Notes under the pieces: generated by a model
What the model was told of the DNA's origin: nothing
Databases searched by the model: none
The model's input: the letters and a program-made list of their open reading frames with translations, nothing else
Made by a program: the position numbers and the translations under genes
NCBI GenBank assembly: GCA_036172245.1
Contig: JAYWIR010000007.1
Location: 4,650,001 to 4,714,000, forward strand
Direction of reading: 5' to 3'
Origin: Raillietiella orientalis
Lineage: Eukaryota
Length of the DNA stretch: 64,000 bases
In this document: in pieces, positions 38,301-50,008 of the stretch
Layout: the number at the start of each line of letters is the position of its first letter
Position numbering within the stretch: position 1 is the stretch's first letter

Positions 38301-41300
38301 CGCGAGTCCTTGAAAAAAACGTTTTTCCCGGACACCAAAGCAGCACTCTCCTCTTCCCTCTCGAAAACGGGCGAAGGCGGACGGAGAAGAGAGAGGGGGA
38401 GGGGCGGCAGGCAGGACCCGATGAGATCTCCCGTTGGGTCCTGCCTCCCTCCCTCCCTCCCCCCCGCGAACTGGAGAAGAGGGAGGAAGGAGGCGGTCGC
38501 GTACGGGTGGTGTCTGGGCGCGCTGGCCTCTCCTTTTGCGTCAGGAAGAGAGAGCGGGCAGACTTTTGCCTCCCCCTCCTTCCCCTCCCGATCGAAGCTC
38601 TGCGACGCTCCGTGCGTCTCCGGTCGCAGAGTCGCACGCGACTTGGGTCTTTGCCCGCTCTTCCTGGTTCCCTTCCTCCCCCCTCTTCCCCCTCGGAACC
38701 GCAAAGGAGCGCGGCGGCTACTCGCTTGGTAGGCGGGCGTGCGCCTCCAAGCTGCAAGGCGTCCCGGGAGGAATGGGGGAAGGGGGAGCGGGAACAGCCA
38801 ATCCTTCTGGTGGCTCCTCCTCCCCCCCGCCGCCAGACTGCGGCCCGACATCCCTTTGACAGGGAAGGAGGGGGGGGAGAGAAAGAGGCGAGGAAGAGCA
38901 AGAGGCCCTTCTGCGCTTTGCTCCTCCCCTCGCCTCTCTCCCTTCGCGTCGGGAAGAGCTGAAGGGCGCCAGCACGCTCGTGCGAGACGCAGGAGAAGGA
39001 ATCCCGTCCTTCATTTCCTTCTCCCCCGTCCGGACGGCGCTGATCCCGCTGACCGTTCGGTTTCCTGTCGTTTCCTTTCCTCCTGGGTTGGGTGATCCCT
39101 ACTCCCTCCTCCTGCTGCGACAAACCCTCCTCCGAGGGGTCGCCCTACGAGCGGCGGCAGCCGTGTGTCACGGTGCACGCCTCCGCCGCGCGCGCGCGCA
39201 CAGGCTTCCCGGACTTTGGGGGGAAAGGGGGGGGAGCAGAGGGGAGTTGCCGGAGAAGCCGCCGCCGCCAACCGTCGGACGAAGGAAAAGCTGCAGACCG
39301 CCCCTTTGCCCCCTTCCTTCCCGGGAGCCATTCGCAAGAAACGGTGGCGGGTTGGCTGCGGCCCACCCTCTTTCCTCCCAGCGGCGCACTTTCTCTTCTC
39401 TCCCTCAGCGAGCGCGCAGCTCCTCCCCCCTCCGGGAGACCAGGCCTGATGCAAGCCTTGCCTTTGACCGGAGGGCTCTGCGGATCGGAACCCAGGGACG
39501 GAGGCTTCCCAGCAAGCGCACCCCTCTGCGTGCAAGGCTCAATGGAGCCCCTCCTGGGATGCGAATCCCCCGAGAGGAACGGGTGGCCGTGGAGAACTGC
39601 AGCGGTCCCCGCCAGGTGTCCTCTCGGCGGGAGAAGCGACTGCGGGGAGTCCCCCAGAGCAGCAGAGGGAAGGGAAAAGAGGGGAGGGAAGAACTCTCTA
39701 TGCCGGCACGAAGAGAGGGAGCCGGAGTCGGGCGTCACTGCTGCTGCCGCCCTTCTCCTCCTCTTCCTCCCCCCCTCCCCTCTCCCTCATCCCCCCGTGC
39801 AGCTCCCGTGCTACGCTCCTGTAGCGCGCTCTCGCCCTCCCACCCTTTCTCCGGAGAAGATCCCGATTGTTGCGTTCGCTCGCGTTTCCCGTTCCTGTGG
39901 TGCTGGGGTCGCCCCGGAAAGGCGGGTCCTTCTGGAAGGTTGGGAAGGAGTCTATCCCGTGGCTAGGATGCGCTGCAGACGCGCACGCCGCTCCCTCAAG
40001 ATCACGATCTGGAGAGGTCGCTTCAGCGCACGCGTTCCTCTCCGACTCCTCTTGACCTGGTCTCCCTGGACTCTCGACGAGCTTTTTGTCGCCGTTCCAT
40101 CCCTGCCTTCCCGTTAACCCATGCCGCCGCCACGGGACCACAGCAGTTCCTGCGCTCCCTTCGACATCCCGGCTCCTCCAGGTGGAGCTGCCTCCGACGA
40201 GCCACCGTCCCAAGACAGTCAGATCGTTGGGTTCCCTGGCAAGCAGGCAGCCTTTCCTAGACAGCTTCCCCTCCCGTTTTCCCTCCCTTCCCTGTCGTTT
40301 TCAAGGAGACAGCAATGGCGGGAAGGAGTTCTGTGTTTTTACCTTTTCACCCGACGTTTCCTCTCCCCAGCCCCGCGCCAGGAACCAACCCGACGACAAA
40401 ACGAAACCGTTGCGCAGCGTGCGAGTGCCGGCGCGTCTGGGCGCATTTCAGACGCTCGCTTTCTTCTCCGTCGCACCCGATCCTTTCGAAGGCGGGCGGC
40501 ATCCCACCATCCTCCGATTTCCCCCTGCTCTCTTTTCCTCGTTTCATCTGTCGCGGACTCTCGGTGGGAGAAAGAGAAGCAGCCGGGAGGGCAGGGACGT
40601 CGCTTTCACTTTTCGGACATGGCCGATCGTTTCCCTGCTTTTCCCTTCGAGACGGCGGGGGTGAAACCTCGGAAAGTGCTGCTCCTCTTCGCGCCGTCCC
40701 GAGGACGGAAAGCATCCGCTCGTTCGCGCGTCGCATCCCCATCCTGGAGGAACGTCGGAGGTGCATCCGAACAGAGGTCGAGCCAGGGTTCGAGTCTCGT
40801 TCGCCAGGCATCCCACCCGCGATTCCCGGAATTTTCCGCACACCTCCGTCAACCCGGTTCGCGTTCCTGGCTCTCCTGCTCGTCGAAGCTTCCCTGCGCG
40901 GGTGAGCGCAGCCCCCAGCCAGGGGGAGGAAGGAAGCACGCAAACGAAACCATCGTTGCGTCACCGTGGCCTGCATCCCGGGAATTTCGGGAACTCCCCC
41001 GGCAACGTCGGAGCTCGGTTGAAAATGGCGTCTCGGTGGTAGCGGGGGTTTTGCCGTGGACGTGGGGCCGACACGTTCGCCACACGCACGTGTGACTTAC
41101 CCTCGGTTCCCGGGATTCTTCCATCCATTTCCAGACGGGAGGGAGCTCCCTGCACACCAAAATAACTTTCGATTTCGATGTGCGAACGCGAGTGACTAGC
41201 AATTTCGTTTATGCGTTTTTGCGCCTCCCCCTCCTCCTCCTCCTCCTCTGCAGCACAATCGATCCGTCTCTGCGAACAGCGCTGTGTGACTTGTCAAACG

Positions 41301-41613
41301 TGACGAAAAAGATGGTCGCGACGCAGGAAAATACCTCGCGAAACCTGGGCAACGTGAATCGGAGTCGTCCCGGTGACCAGGACGACCCTTGGGCGTCCAG
41401 TACGAGAAGCTCCCGTCTCCAGGCGGATTCGCCCAGGAGACGAAGACGAAGCTGTTTTCGGGTTGTTTCGCCCGTTCCTTCTTCCGGAGCAGTCGACGGC
41501 TTTCATCATTTTCCCATCCGAAAGCGGAAGACCCCGCTGCCTCTCTGCTTTTCGCGCGATGGTGCCTTCGCCGAGCGTCCATCAAGTCAGCCACCATCGA
41601 TTTTCCTTTTTCC

Positions 41614-41640
41614 TTTTTTTTTTTTTTTTTTTTTTTTTTT
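41614..41640. repeat. Poly(T)27
   Basis: Read directly from the sequence. Confidence 0.95.
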
Positions 41641-42467
41641 CAAGTGTGGTAGCCCTGATGTGCCATTACAGCCCAAAGGGGATGAGCAGCGAGATAACAA
41701 CGATCGCGCACCAAACTAAACTCCGAGCATCCCGTGGTATCTCCCTTCATTTATGTATCTCTTCTATAAACAGTGCACCTGTTGAGATTTGCACAACAGC
41801 CATTATTTTCGAATTTCTCTGTGAAATCAGGGTATGGAAACTCTCTCGCAGGTTCCTCCTCACGTGTTGAGATCTACGCAAAGACTTTTTATCAGAAGAG
41901 GTTTCCTTTTTTTTTCTTTTTCTTTTTTGTTTTTGGATTTCAGGAACTATCAAATGGGAGAGTCGGGATGCCTCTTATTGACAGTCCAAAATTACATCTG
42001 GCGTCTGAAATCTAAATATATCTCCAAATGGATTATCTAATGCAACGAATTAATCTCGTGGTGGTTGCATGGGAACACAGACATTCAACTGCGTCTTGAA
42101 AGACGGGGAAGTAAAACACGGGGGAAAAAAAAAAAAAAGGAAAAAAAAAAAATGGAAGCATCAGGGTCAGAATTTGAACAGATCTGGGATTTCCTCAGAC
42201 GCTTCTCGAATTCGTGTTCAGGTCGTTTGTCATGATACGTGAATATTATGTGATTCGTTCCTGGTCCGAAGAGGATTCTGGTGCCGGTCGCCATGGAAAT
42301 GATTGTGCTGGTGATTAGTAGAGCAACGGTACAATGTACTTCAGGAACTGGGGGGAGGGGGGGGGGGAGAAGAAGAAGAAGAAGAAGAAAATTGTTCTAC
42401 AGTTTTGCTTGAAAGTTTGCGCTCCCTGTCTTTCACTGTTATGGAACTGCTGAAGTGTTTCTTTTAG

Positions 42468-42573
42468 GAGCGATGTAGGAAGAACCTCCAGGAAAAGTTG
42501 AATGTTAAAGAAGGTGCATCCGAAATTGGCCGAGCAGATTCTCCCACTCTCTCCGGAATGAGATTCTGCCCCA
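42468..42573 (+). CDS. Candidate internal exon
   Basis: Acceptor GTGTTTCTTTTAG and tandem GTGAGT donors at 42574 and 42578. Only one frame is open: ERCRKNLQEKLNVKEGASEIGRADSPTLSGMRFCP. Confidence 0.3.
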
Positions 42574-45500
42574 GTGAGTGAGTGAAAAGGCGGAATACAT
42601 ATGTTGGAAGGGAAAATAAAACTCATTTAGCGAGTTTAGCACACGAACACCACAACTGAAGCCCTCAGAAATGCAAAGCTAAATTAGGGACTTTACTGCG
42701 GATCCGAATGAAATTCGGGTAGGGACCCCTATTCTGAATTCTGGGTTCGCGCAAACGGTAAACACGGGAAAACAAAAAACAAAGGGAACCTACCGAAAAA
42801 AAAAAAAAAAGGAAAAAAAGTGTGAAGCAACAACAAGAATGATAAATGCGTGTTCTAAGAATACGAAGGTTGCAAAGGGAATCAATGAGTTGCATAAATA
42901 GATTGGATGCTGTAAAAGACAAGTCGAAAACCTGGTATTGGAAGGAAACCACAAATATTTTGTGACGATCGTGATATTCCACCGCTAAGAGGGAATCTTC
43001 CGCCACTTTATTTACGAGGAGAAATATGTCCTAGATTTCGAGAGAAAGACCAGCATCGGGGTCCATTTTATTTTGTCCTAATTCCCGCTCCTCCGAGAAG
43101 AGAAGAAAAATTCGTTTCGGTAAACCCTCATAAGTATCCTCAGGAGCAGGGAGAGTCGGCTGGTTTCGCTGCAGAGAGACGTCCAGAGAGGCAAAAACGA
43201 CTTGGGAAGAGCAGGAGCGTTTTCGCAACCAACTCTGGAACCGAGGCGCTTTCTCGAACCTCTGCATCTTCGTGGAAACCGCGGACGCCCCAACGGAAGC
43301 CGAAGAGGGAGCTGCGAGCGGAAGAAGCCGAGAAGGCAATCTTTCCTGCCGGTTCGCACACGCACACAACAACAACAACAACAAAAAAAAACCTCAAGGA
43401 AGGATGAAAAAGAAGGAGAGAGGATGAGAAGCACTGCTGAAAAAAACAACTAACAGCAACAACAACTCGCACGGGAAAATGCAGCGGTTGGATTCGAGAA
43501 TGGTCCTCATCAGCATGTAAGATGGTCAAGGCCCGCACGACGTCGGGAAGAACGGGGGGCTGCAACCCAGATCCGGTGGTATATCTCTTCTGGAGATGCA
43601 AATCTCCATCCGAGCTCCACTTGCATACGTTTACGGAGCGGTAAAATGGATGAAGCCGAACGGCACTTGCGCGGACGCAAAAAAAGAAAAATGGCCGCCG
43701 CCGAGGCGCAGGGCAGCAACAATGAGGGAGGCAAACACGCGGTTGGCACGGTGACGGGCCAGGAGCGCGCGAAGGAAGGAAAGAAGGAGCGAGAGGGGCG
43801 TCCTCCGACCCGCCCCGGCAAGCACGCGAGAGAGGGCAGGGTCGCATCTCTCCAGCGATGCTTCCGCCTCAAAGGAGCAGTGATCGGACGTCCGAACTGA
43901 TCCGGTGCGTACTTCCGTGATCCGCTGGGACGGAGGCCGTGGAGGTCAGGAGGCTCCGTCCGAAACCGGCGCATCATCTGAAACGAGTAAGGTGCCTTGA
44001 GAGATCATGTGCCGTATGCCAGGGGAAGGGAAGATGGCTCCGCACGTTCCTGGAACTTAGCAGCCACGGAGAGAGAGGGGAAAGAAAAGAAAAAAAGTTG
44101 CTTGAAACTAAGTTCGAGTTGGATGGTGAAGCTCAACAGTTTTTCGACAAAGACTCTGCATAATTCATGGCTTGAGGTTATACGTTCCATCATGGTGTAT
44201 GTCACGCATGTGTTGCGTGCTCGCCTCTGCCCGCTCTCCCGACTAAAATCCAATCATGTGTATGAATATATAATCAGTGCACAGGTTTTTTCATTGAGAC
44301 CACTTTAAATGGAAGCGGAATTTTTCGAGTGCTGCGCATTAATTAAAAAATAATTGAATTTAAAATTCCATTGATTAAGAATAAAATCCGATTAAAAAAT
44401 TGAACCGAAAACAAACTCATCCAAAGTAAGCCTTCATGGGCTTTAATTTTCTCCTAATTCCGCATCCAGCTGGGTTTTAATCGTTCCCGTTAGCAGCAGT
44501 GCTTTTGGGTTCTTTCGGGACCCTTGTTTTGAGCGAGCGAGTCCCCCCTCCCCCCCCCCCCCCACACACACACGCACACACATACACACAAAGCACCGAC
44601 GGCTGCGTCTGCTGGGAAAGAGGTGAACGAGATGAGGCTGCAGGCTCCCCGGTGGAGCCAGAAGAAGAAAACTTTTGACCAAACAGGATAGCGGGTCACT
44701 GCGGAGCGCAGCGGTCCTGAAGATGCGTTCCTTGCTTCCGGCCGGGCGTTTGCGGAAGATCACCGCAACGCGGACCCCCTCCGCCCGCGAGAAGAGTCGG
44801 CTCGGTGGGTGCGCCGTGCCTTGGCCTTCCGCGAAAGGACCTCTAGTCCTCTCTGTCGGCTGGGGTCGAAGAACTGCTATAGCGAAACGGAACATGGGGG
44901 TTGGGAGGGGGGGGGAGAGGATGATCTGGAATGAGCCGCAAGGATGCCAAAGAATTAGAACTTGGTCCGGTGGGGGCGCGACGGGAGAGGATCCTTGCCG
45001 AAACCACCTGATCGAGGGGGATTTTCGGGTTCGCTCGTGCCGCCGCCATCCCTGGCCACGAGGGTGCGCTTTCGCGCGCCCGACCACACGGCTCGCCCAC
45101 GATGCTGGACCCGTCGCGTCGTCCGCCGGCCGGGTGGCGAGCACTCTCTACCTCGCATCCTCCCGTCAAGGCGGGCGCGGGGTGCGCCCAACTTGACGCG
45201 GGCGAAAATCAGGTGGACGAAAGCGGAACCACGCGCGGAGGGTTCGTCCTCCTTCCTCCGGTATCCCGGACCCCCCTTGCTCGTGGCACCCATCGACCGG
45301 CGCTCCTCTCCGGACCTACAGGGGTCCTCACCGTCGCCATCGAATGAGGAGAGGCTCCGCTGCCGGTTCCGATCCCGGGAGGGCAAGAAAAAAGGCCGCT
45401 CTCCTCCCATCCGCGCCGCCGGCGCACGCGGCTGAGTCACCTCCATCCGACGTTCCAGTTGCTCTCGGGGACGAAAGGGAGGTGCCGGGCCGGGGCCGAC

Positions 45501-48343
45501 CAGGATCGAGCCTTCTTCCAAGGGAGCAGCAGCGAGCACCTCTGACCGCGCCCACCCGAAGGAACCTGGCGGCGGGCGGAAGCCAGTCGCGGGCCAGTCG
45601 GTGTGCGCCGCCGAGACGGACGCAGACGGGGGGGGGGGGAAAGGAACCTCACGGCAGTGGACGACGCAGTGGCATCCCAGCACGCTCTCCGCGTCTCGCA
45701 CGTGCGCGCAGGAATGCCGCACGCCGCCTTCCGCGAAAGGTCGCGAGGGAGTTCCGGAAGTTTCGCGCGCGGCAGTCTGCCGAGGGAGCGGACCGCATAC
45801 CGCCTCGGGCGCCAAGGGCGAGCGCGCGGCGGCCGCTGCATCCCGGGGCGGCTGTCCCAACCCTCCCTCCTTCGAGGTGGCGGCGAGCGCGCGGGTCAAG
45901 TGGGAAGACAACGGGGGTCGGAGGGGAAAGGAGAGCGAGATCCGGGCTTGCGAAAACCCCAGAGGAGGGCTCCGTTGCCGGGGCAACGGACCGCGCGCAG
46001 CGGCGCGCGGATTGCAGGCCACCACCCGCTGGGGCGCGCGCCAGAGTCTCCGGCACCCCCTTCGATGCCCTCTCTCGCCTCACACCTCGCTCTCTCTCCC
46101 GGTGCCGCCCACCGATCGGAGGAGGAGGGAGCACGCCGCCGATCCGAGCCCCGCTCAGGTGCCGCCGCGAAAGGAGAGCCGGGGCCGCGGCTGCGCCCTC
46201 GCAGCCGGCTTGCGGCTTCCGACGCGCGCCGGGTGGCACCCACGGGGGGAGAGGGAGATCCTGGACCACCACATCCGAGGGTGAAGGGGGGTCCTCGAGA
46301 GAATGCACTCTTCACCCTCTCCTCCAGGGGGAAGAGCCTCCTGCGCGCGCGCATGCAGGAGGAAACAGGAGGGAGTCAGGGTGAGCCAGCGAGCACTGGT
46401 GGTGGCACCTCTGGCTCGCCCAGGAGCTCTGGAGGCTGGAGAGCCAGACCTGGCAAGCATCCATCATATCGAATCCCTCCCCCCTCCCCATCAGCCGGAG
46501 GCGGTTCGGGGTGCTTGCAGGGGAGACTCTCAGGTCCTGGAACCATCCTCCTGGGCCCGAGAGCATCTTCTCCCGGGAGCTGCCTCGGGTGGGCCCGGAG
46601 CTTGGCCTGCAGACACGGCGCACCAGGGAGGGCAGCTGCGTGGGGCGCTGCCGGTGCGATTTTATCCTCGAGGAAGGGGAGGGGGGTACAGGACCTCATC
46701 GACCCCCCAAAGGGGTCTCTCCTGGTTGCCCTGGTTATCTCCGGGGGGTGCTGACCAGGTGGAGACCCACCCTGACCCAGCCTTCCGCGCAGGGAGGTGG
46801 GCGAAAGTTACGTCCGAAGTCGGGGGAGGAAGGGAGGCGCGCATGCGCTCCGCACCTCCTCATCGATTGGGGCAAGGTATGCCCTCTGAAAGGGTCGAGG
46901 AAGGAGCGACCCTTCCCGAAGGGCAGCACCTTGCTTTCCGCACGCGCACGGAGCCATCATCGCCCTCCTCCGGACGGCACCGCGAGAGAATGGGCGCCCC
47001 CGGAAAGAAGGCCGGCCTTCCTTCGAGAGCTGCCCCGGCGTCCCCGAAGAAACGGTCCGAGCCTTCCGGGGTCCGCCGTCTCCATGGAGACGAGGAAGCC
47101 ACGAACGGCTGCGGCCCATGAGCAAGAAGCCATCTGTACCTCCACGAAGGATGAGCCCCCCCCTCCTCCTCCTCCTCCTCCTCCTTCGACCCCGCCTTTG
47201 GGTCGGATACGCCCGGGAGGGCGGTGGAGGCACGGTGTCCGGCAAGGCCGCTCGCGCGACGGCCGAGAAGAGAGCAGGAGGTCACGTGCGGCCAGCGACC
47301 CCAGCGCTACGTGGGAAGGAGGAGGAGGGCGTTCTCGGATGGTTCGCTGCCTCTCGCGGCTCAGTTCGAATGCCGGGCAAGAGAGGGTGCTCTCCGGCGA
47401 GCGAGACCGCTGAGCGCTCCGGCGGCCGCTGCCCTCCCGCTAAGAGCAGGGAGAAAGTGGAAGGAAGGGAGCACACCCTGCCCGCGGCGGCGGGGCCACG
47501 GAAGGGAGGGGGGATACCTGCGGCGTATCGCACGATGGTGCTGCCACCGCTCCGCTTCTCGGCAAAGCCCTCCTCCCCCACCGTCCACGAGAGCAGCATG
47601 CACGCGCACAAAAACGAAAGTGGCGCGAGCGTCCACTTTCGATTTCTTTTTCCTACTCCCGGACGATCCTTTGCAGTTGTGCGAGGCGGGGAAGGCCGGA
47701 GCGAGAGGGAGGGGTCCACGGGCCACCCTTTTCCTCAAGCGAAGCGAGTCTCCCTCGCTCGCGCCCGTTTCCCCCTCCGTCGCCTCCACACCCGAAGCGC
47801 GCGCCTCTCGGCGAGAGCCGCCGGCCTTTGACCTTCCGATGTCTTCGCTAACTCCTGGCTCTTCCGGACGTCCGGAAAGAAAGAGCAACGGCAGAGCGCT
47901 CGTGCAGACGTTTTCTCGAAACCGCCCGGCTTGTATAGGATCGCTGGTGCTCCGCGGAGGCCGCGGGCGGGGTGCTCCTTTCATCCCCGTGCAGCACTGC
48001 CGCAGGCCTTAGGGCACGGCCGCCCACGCCTCCTCCTCCTCCTCCTCCTCCCGGAGAGGGGTCAGATGCGAGCGCTTCCTCTCTCGTCGGGACCAGGAAG
48101 CAAGCGGTTCGCCGCCTTCCTCCTCTCCCGCGAGGAATGGAGGAAGGGTCTCTCCGACTTGCCCGGTGCCTGGGGGAGAGAACGCGAGCAGAAGCAACTC
48201 CCCGGGAGGATGGTGGTTGGCTTCGCAACGGAGCCGCCGCCTTCCCTTCGACGGGCTTCCTCGCCTTCGAACGGGCCCGTTGCCTCGCAGGGCTCTTTGT
48301 CTGTTGGTTTTCTCCCAGCCCACTGCGGCGCGGGGGTCGCACT

Positions 48344-48355
48344 CGGCGGCGGCGG

Positions 48356-48393
<38 letters not shown>

Positions 48394-48394
48394 G
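48344..48394. repeat. Compound (CGG)4(CAG)6CAA(CAG)6 repeat
   Basis: Read directly from the sequence. Confidence 0.95.
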
Positions 48395-49667
48395 GCGCCG
48401 CGTCTGAGCCTCTCGAAGCTGCGCGTCTCTCGCAACGGCTCCCTGGAGAGTCATGTCTATAAATAGCTCGGCGCTAAATTTAGAAAGCGTCAGCCGTTGA
48501 CACGCCTTTGAGCGCACGCACACACAAAGGGACCCCTCCCCCCGCCCTTCCCGCCGCCGCCGACTACGACGACGACGACAAGAGCGTCGCCGCGACCGGT
48601 CTCTGCGGCGGCGGAAGCGTCTTCATCGTCCTCCGGAGCGGCCTGGAGCTCGCCCGCCCCGCTAGGGAAAAAAGTGGGACGTTGACCAGCGCTGACCGAT
48701 GAAACCGACGGTCCTCCCCGCGCGTTTCACTCCTGGACACGAGAGCCACGGGGCACATGAGTGCGCGCGTTGCGGTAGTCGCGGTCCCGTTACCCGCCGG
48801 TCCCTCCTCGCGGAGGTCAGCGTACCGCTACGGCCGGCAGACTTCGGCCCGCGCGCTCGCTCGCTTTCCCTTTCGCGGGCGCACCGTTAGTCCGCCGCCG
48901 CGGGGGCGCGCGCCAGCGTCCCGCGTTCACTTTCCTCGTGGTGCGCGCGCGATCGCGCAGGTGGTGCCTCTCCCTCCCCCTGCGGGCGTCCTTCCCGTTG
49001 CTCGCCCCTCCGGACGACGGCGCGCGCGCGCGCGCACTACCGCTCGGTCGCACCTCTGAGCAGTGGGAGCTTTCACCTTCCCCTCCCTCCAGAAGAGCGG
49101 TAGTCGGCACGCACCGGGGAAGGGAGGGGGAGGAGCGCAGGAGAGCGCGCGCGCACACGCGCGCGAAGAACGGGCCGTCCACGTGTTCCTCCGGGGCTCG
49201 CACGCGGCCACTGAGGACTTCTCGGCTCCGTCGGCCACGTCAGCCCCTTTCCCGAAACCAGCGGCGACCGTGACCACACGGACAGCGCGCGCGGGCGACC
49301 ACCCCCGCGCACCGCCGCCGACTTCCTGGAAGCCCGGCGCTTCTGTTCCACTTCGGACACGTCGGATGTTTTCCCCCTCCTGCAGCGATTTGGTTCTGTG
49401 AGCTGCTGACCGGCATATCTCATTGCCAAGGTTGGGCAAGAGGTTACTGCCGTTCGTTGTCACAGTTACCCACAGCTCGTCGAAATGAAAACGTTCTCCG
49501 TCCCCGAGGAAAGCGCAATCGCGGATGCTGCGAGCGGAGAAACTGCCGAACCAGATTTTTTCCTTTTTTTTTTTTGCGTTCCCTTGGTTTTCCTGGAAGA
49601 TCGGAGCACTGCAGCTGGAACACGGGGAGACGGGGGGGAGGGAGCAGAAAGGAAGGGGGGGGCTCGG

Positions 49668-50008
49668 CATGCACGCAGAGCACACACACACACGTTCAGG
49701 CACATCGCACACGTTCGCAAGCGCAACACATAAGTGAGCACATCACGTGCACGCACGCATAAGGGCACATCGTTTACACATAACGCGCTATACATTTCAC
49801 ACACACACACACACACACACACACGGTTTCTTAGGCATGTCATACGCACACATACACGGACAGACACACGTAGGTGCATCTCACGGAGCGTCATTCCTGG
49901 ACGTCCCATCCACGCGTGGACGTCGCGCACGCACACGCAGGTAGGGGTTGAGCACGCATGTAGACATACATCGCACGCACGCAACAGATATTCATTCGCA
50001 CGTGTGCG
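49668..50008. repeat. Decayed CA-rich low-complexity tract with a pure (CA)n core at ~49798-49824
   Basis: CACAC, CACGCAC and GCACATC motifs recur throughout. Confidence 0.8.

Noticed and set aside
36970..39123. Longest ORF, 717 aa on the minus strand
   Set aside because: R/G/P/S-dominated, reads through homopolymer runs, has no domain motif and overlaps long ORFs in other frames. This is expected from stop scarcity at high GC.
40780..40806. GGTTCGAGTC, resembling a tRNA T-loop or B-box
   Set aside because: The T-stem does not pair fully, and I see no D-arm, anticodon arm or acceptor stem.
41645..42040. SH3-like echoes (VVALMCHYSP, ELSNGRVGMP) in three exon-like pieces
   Set aside because: The first intron would be only 37 nt, the phases do not place both echoes in one frame, and core SH3 residues (WW, PxNY) are absent.
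47972..48466. Poly-Q ORF suggesting a polyglutamine protein
   Set aside because: The flanking peptide is low-complexity and other frames are equally open, so it is best explained as a microsatellite.
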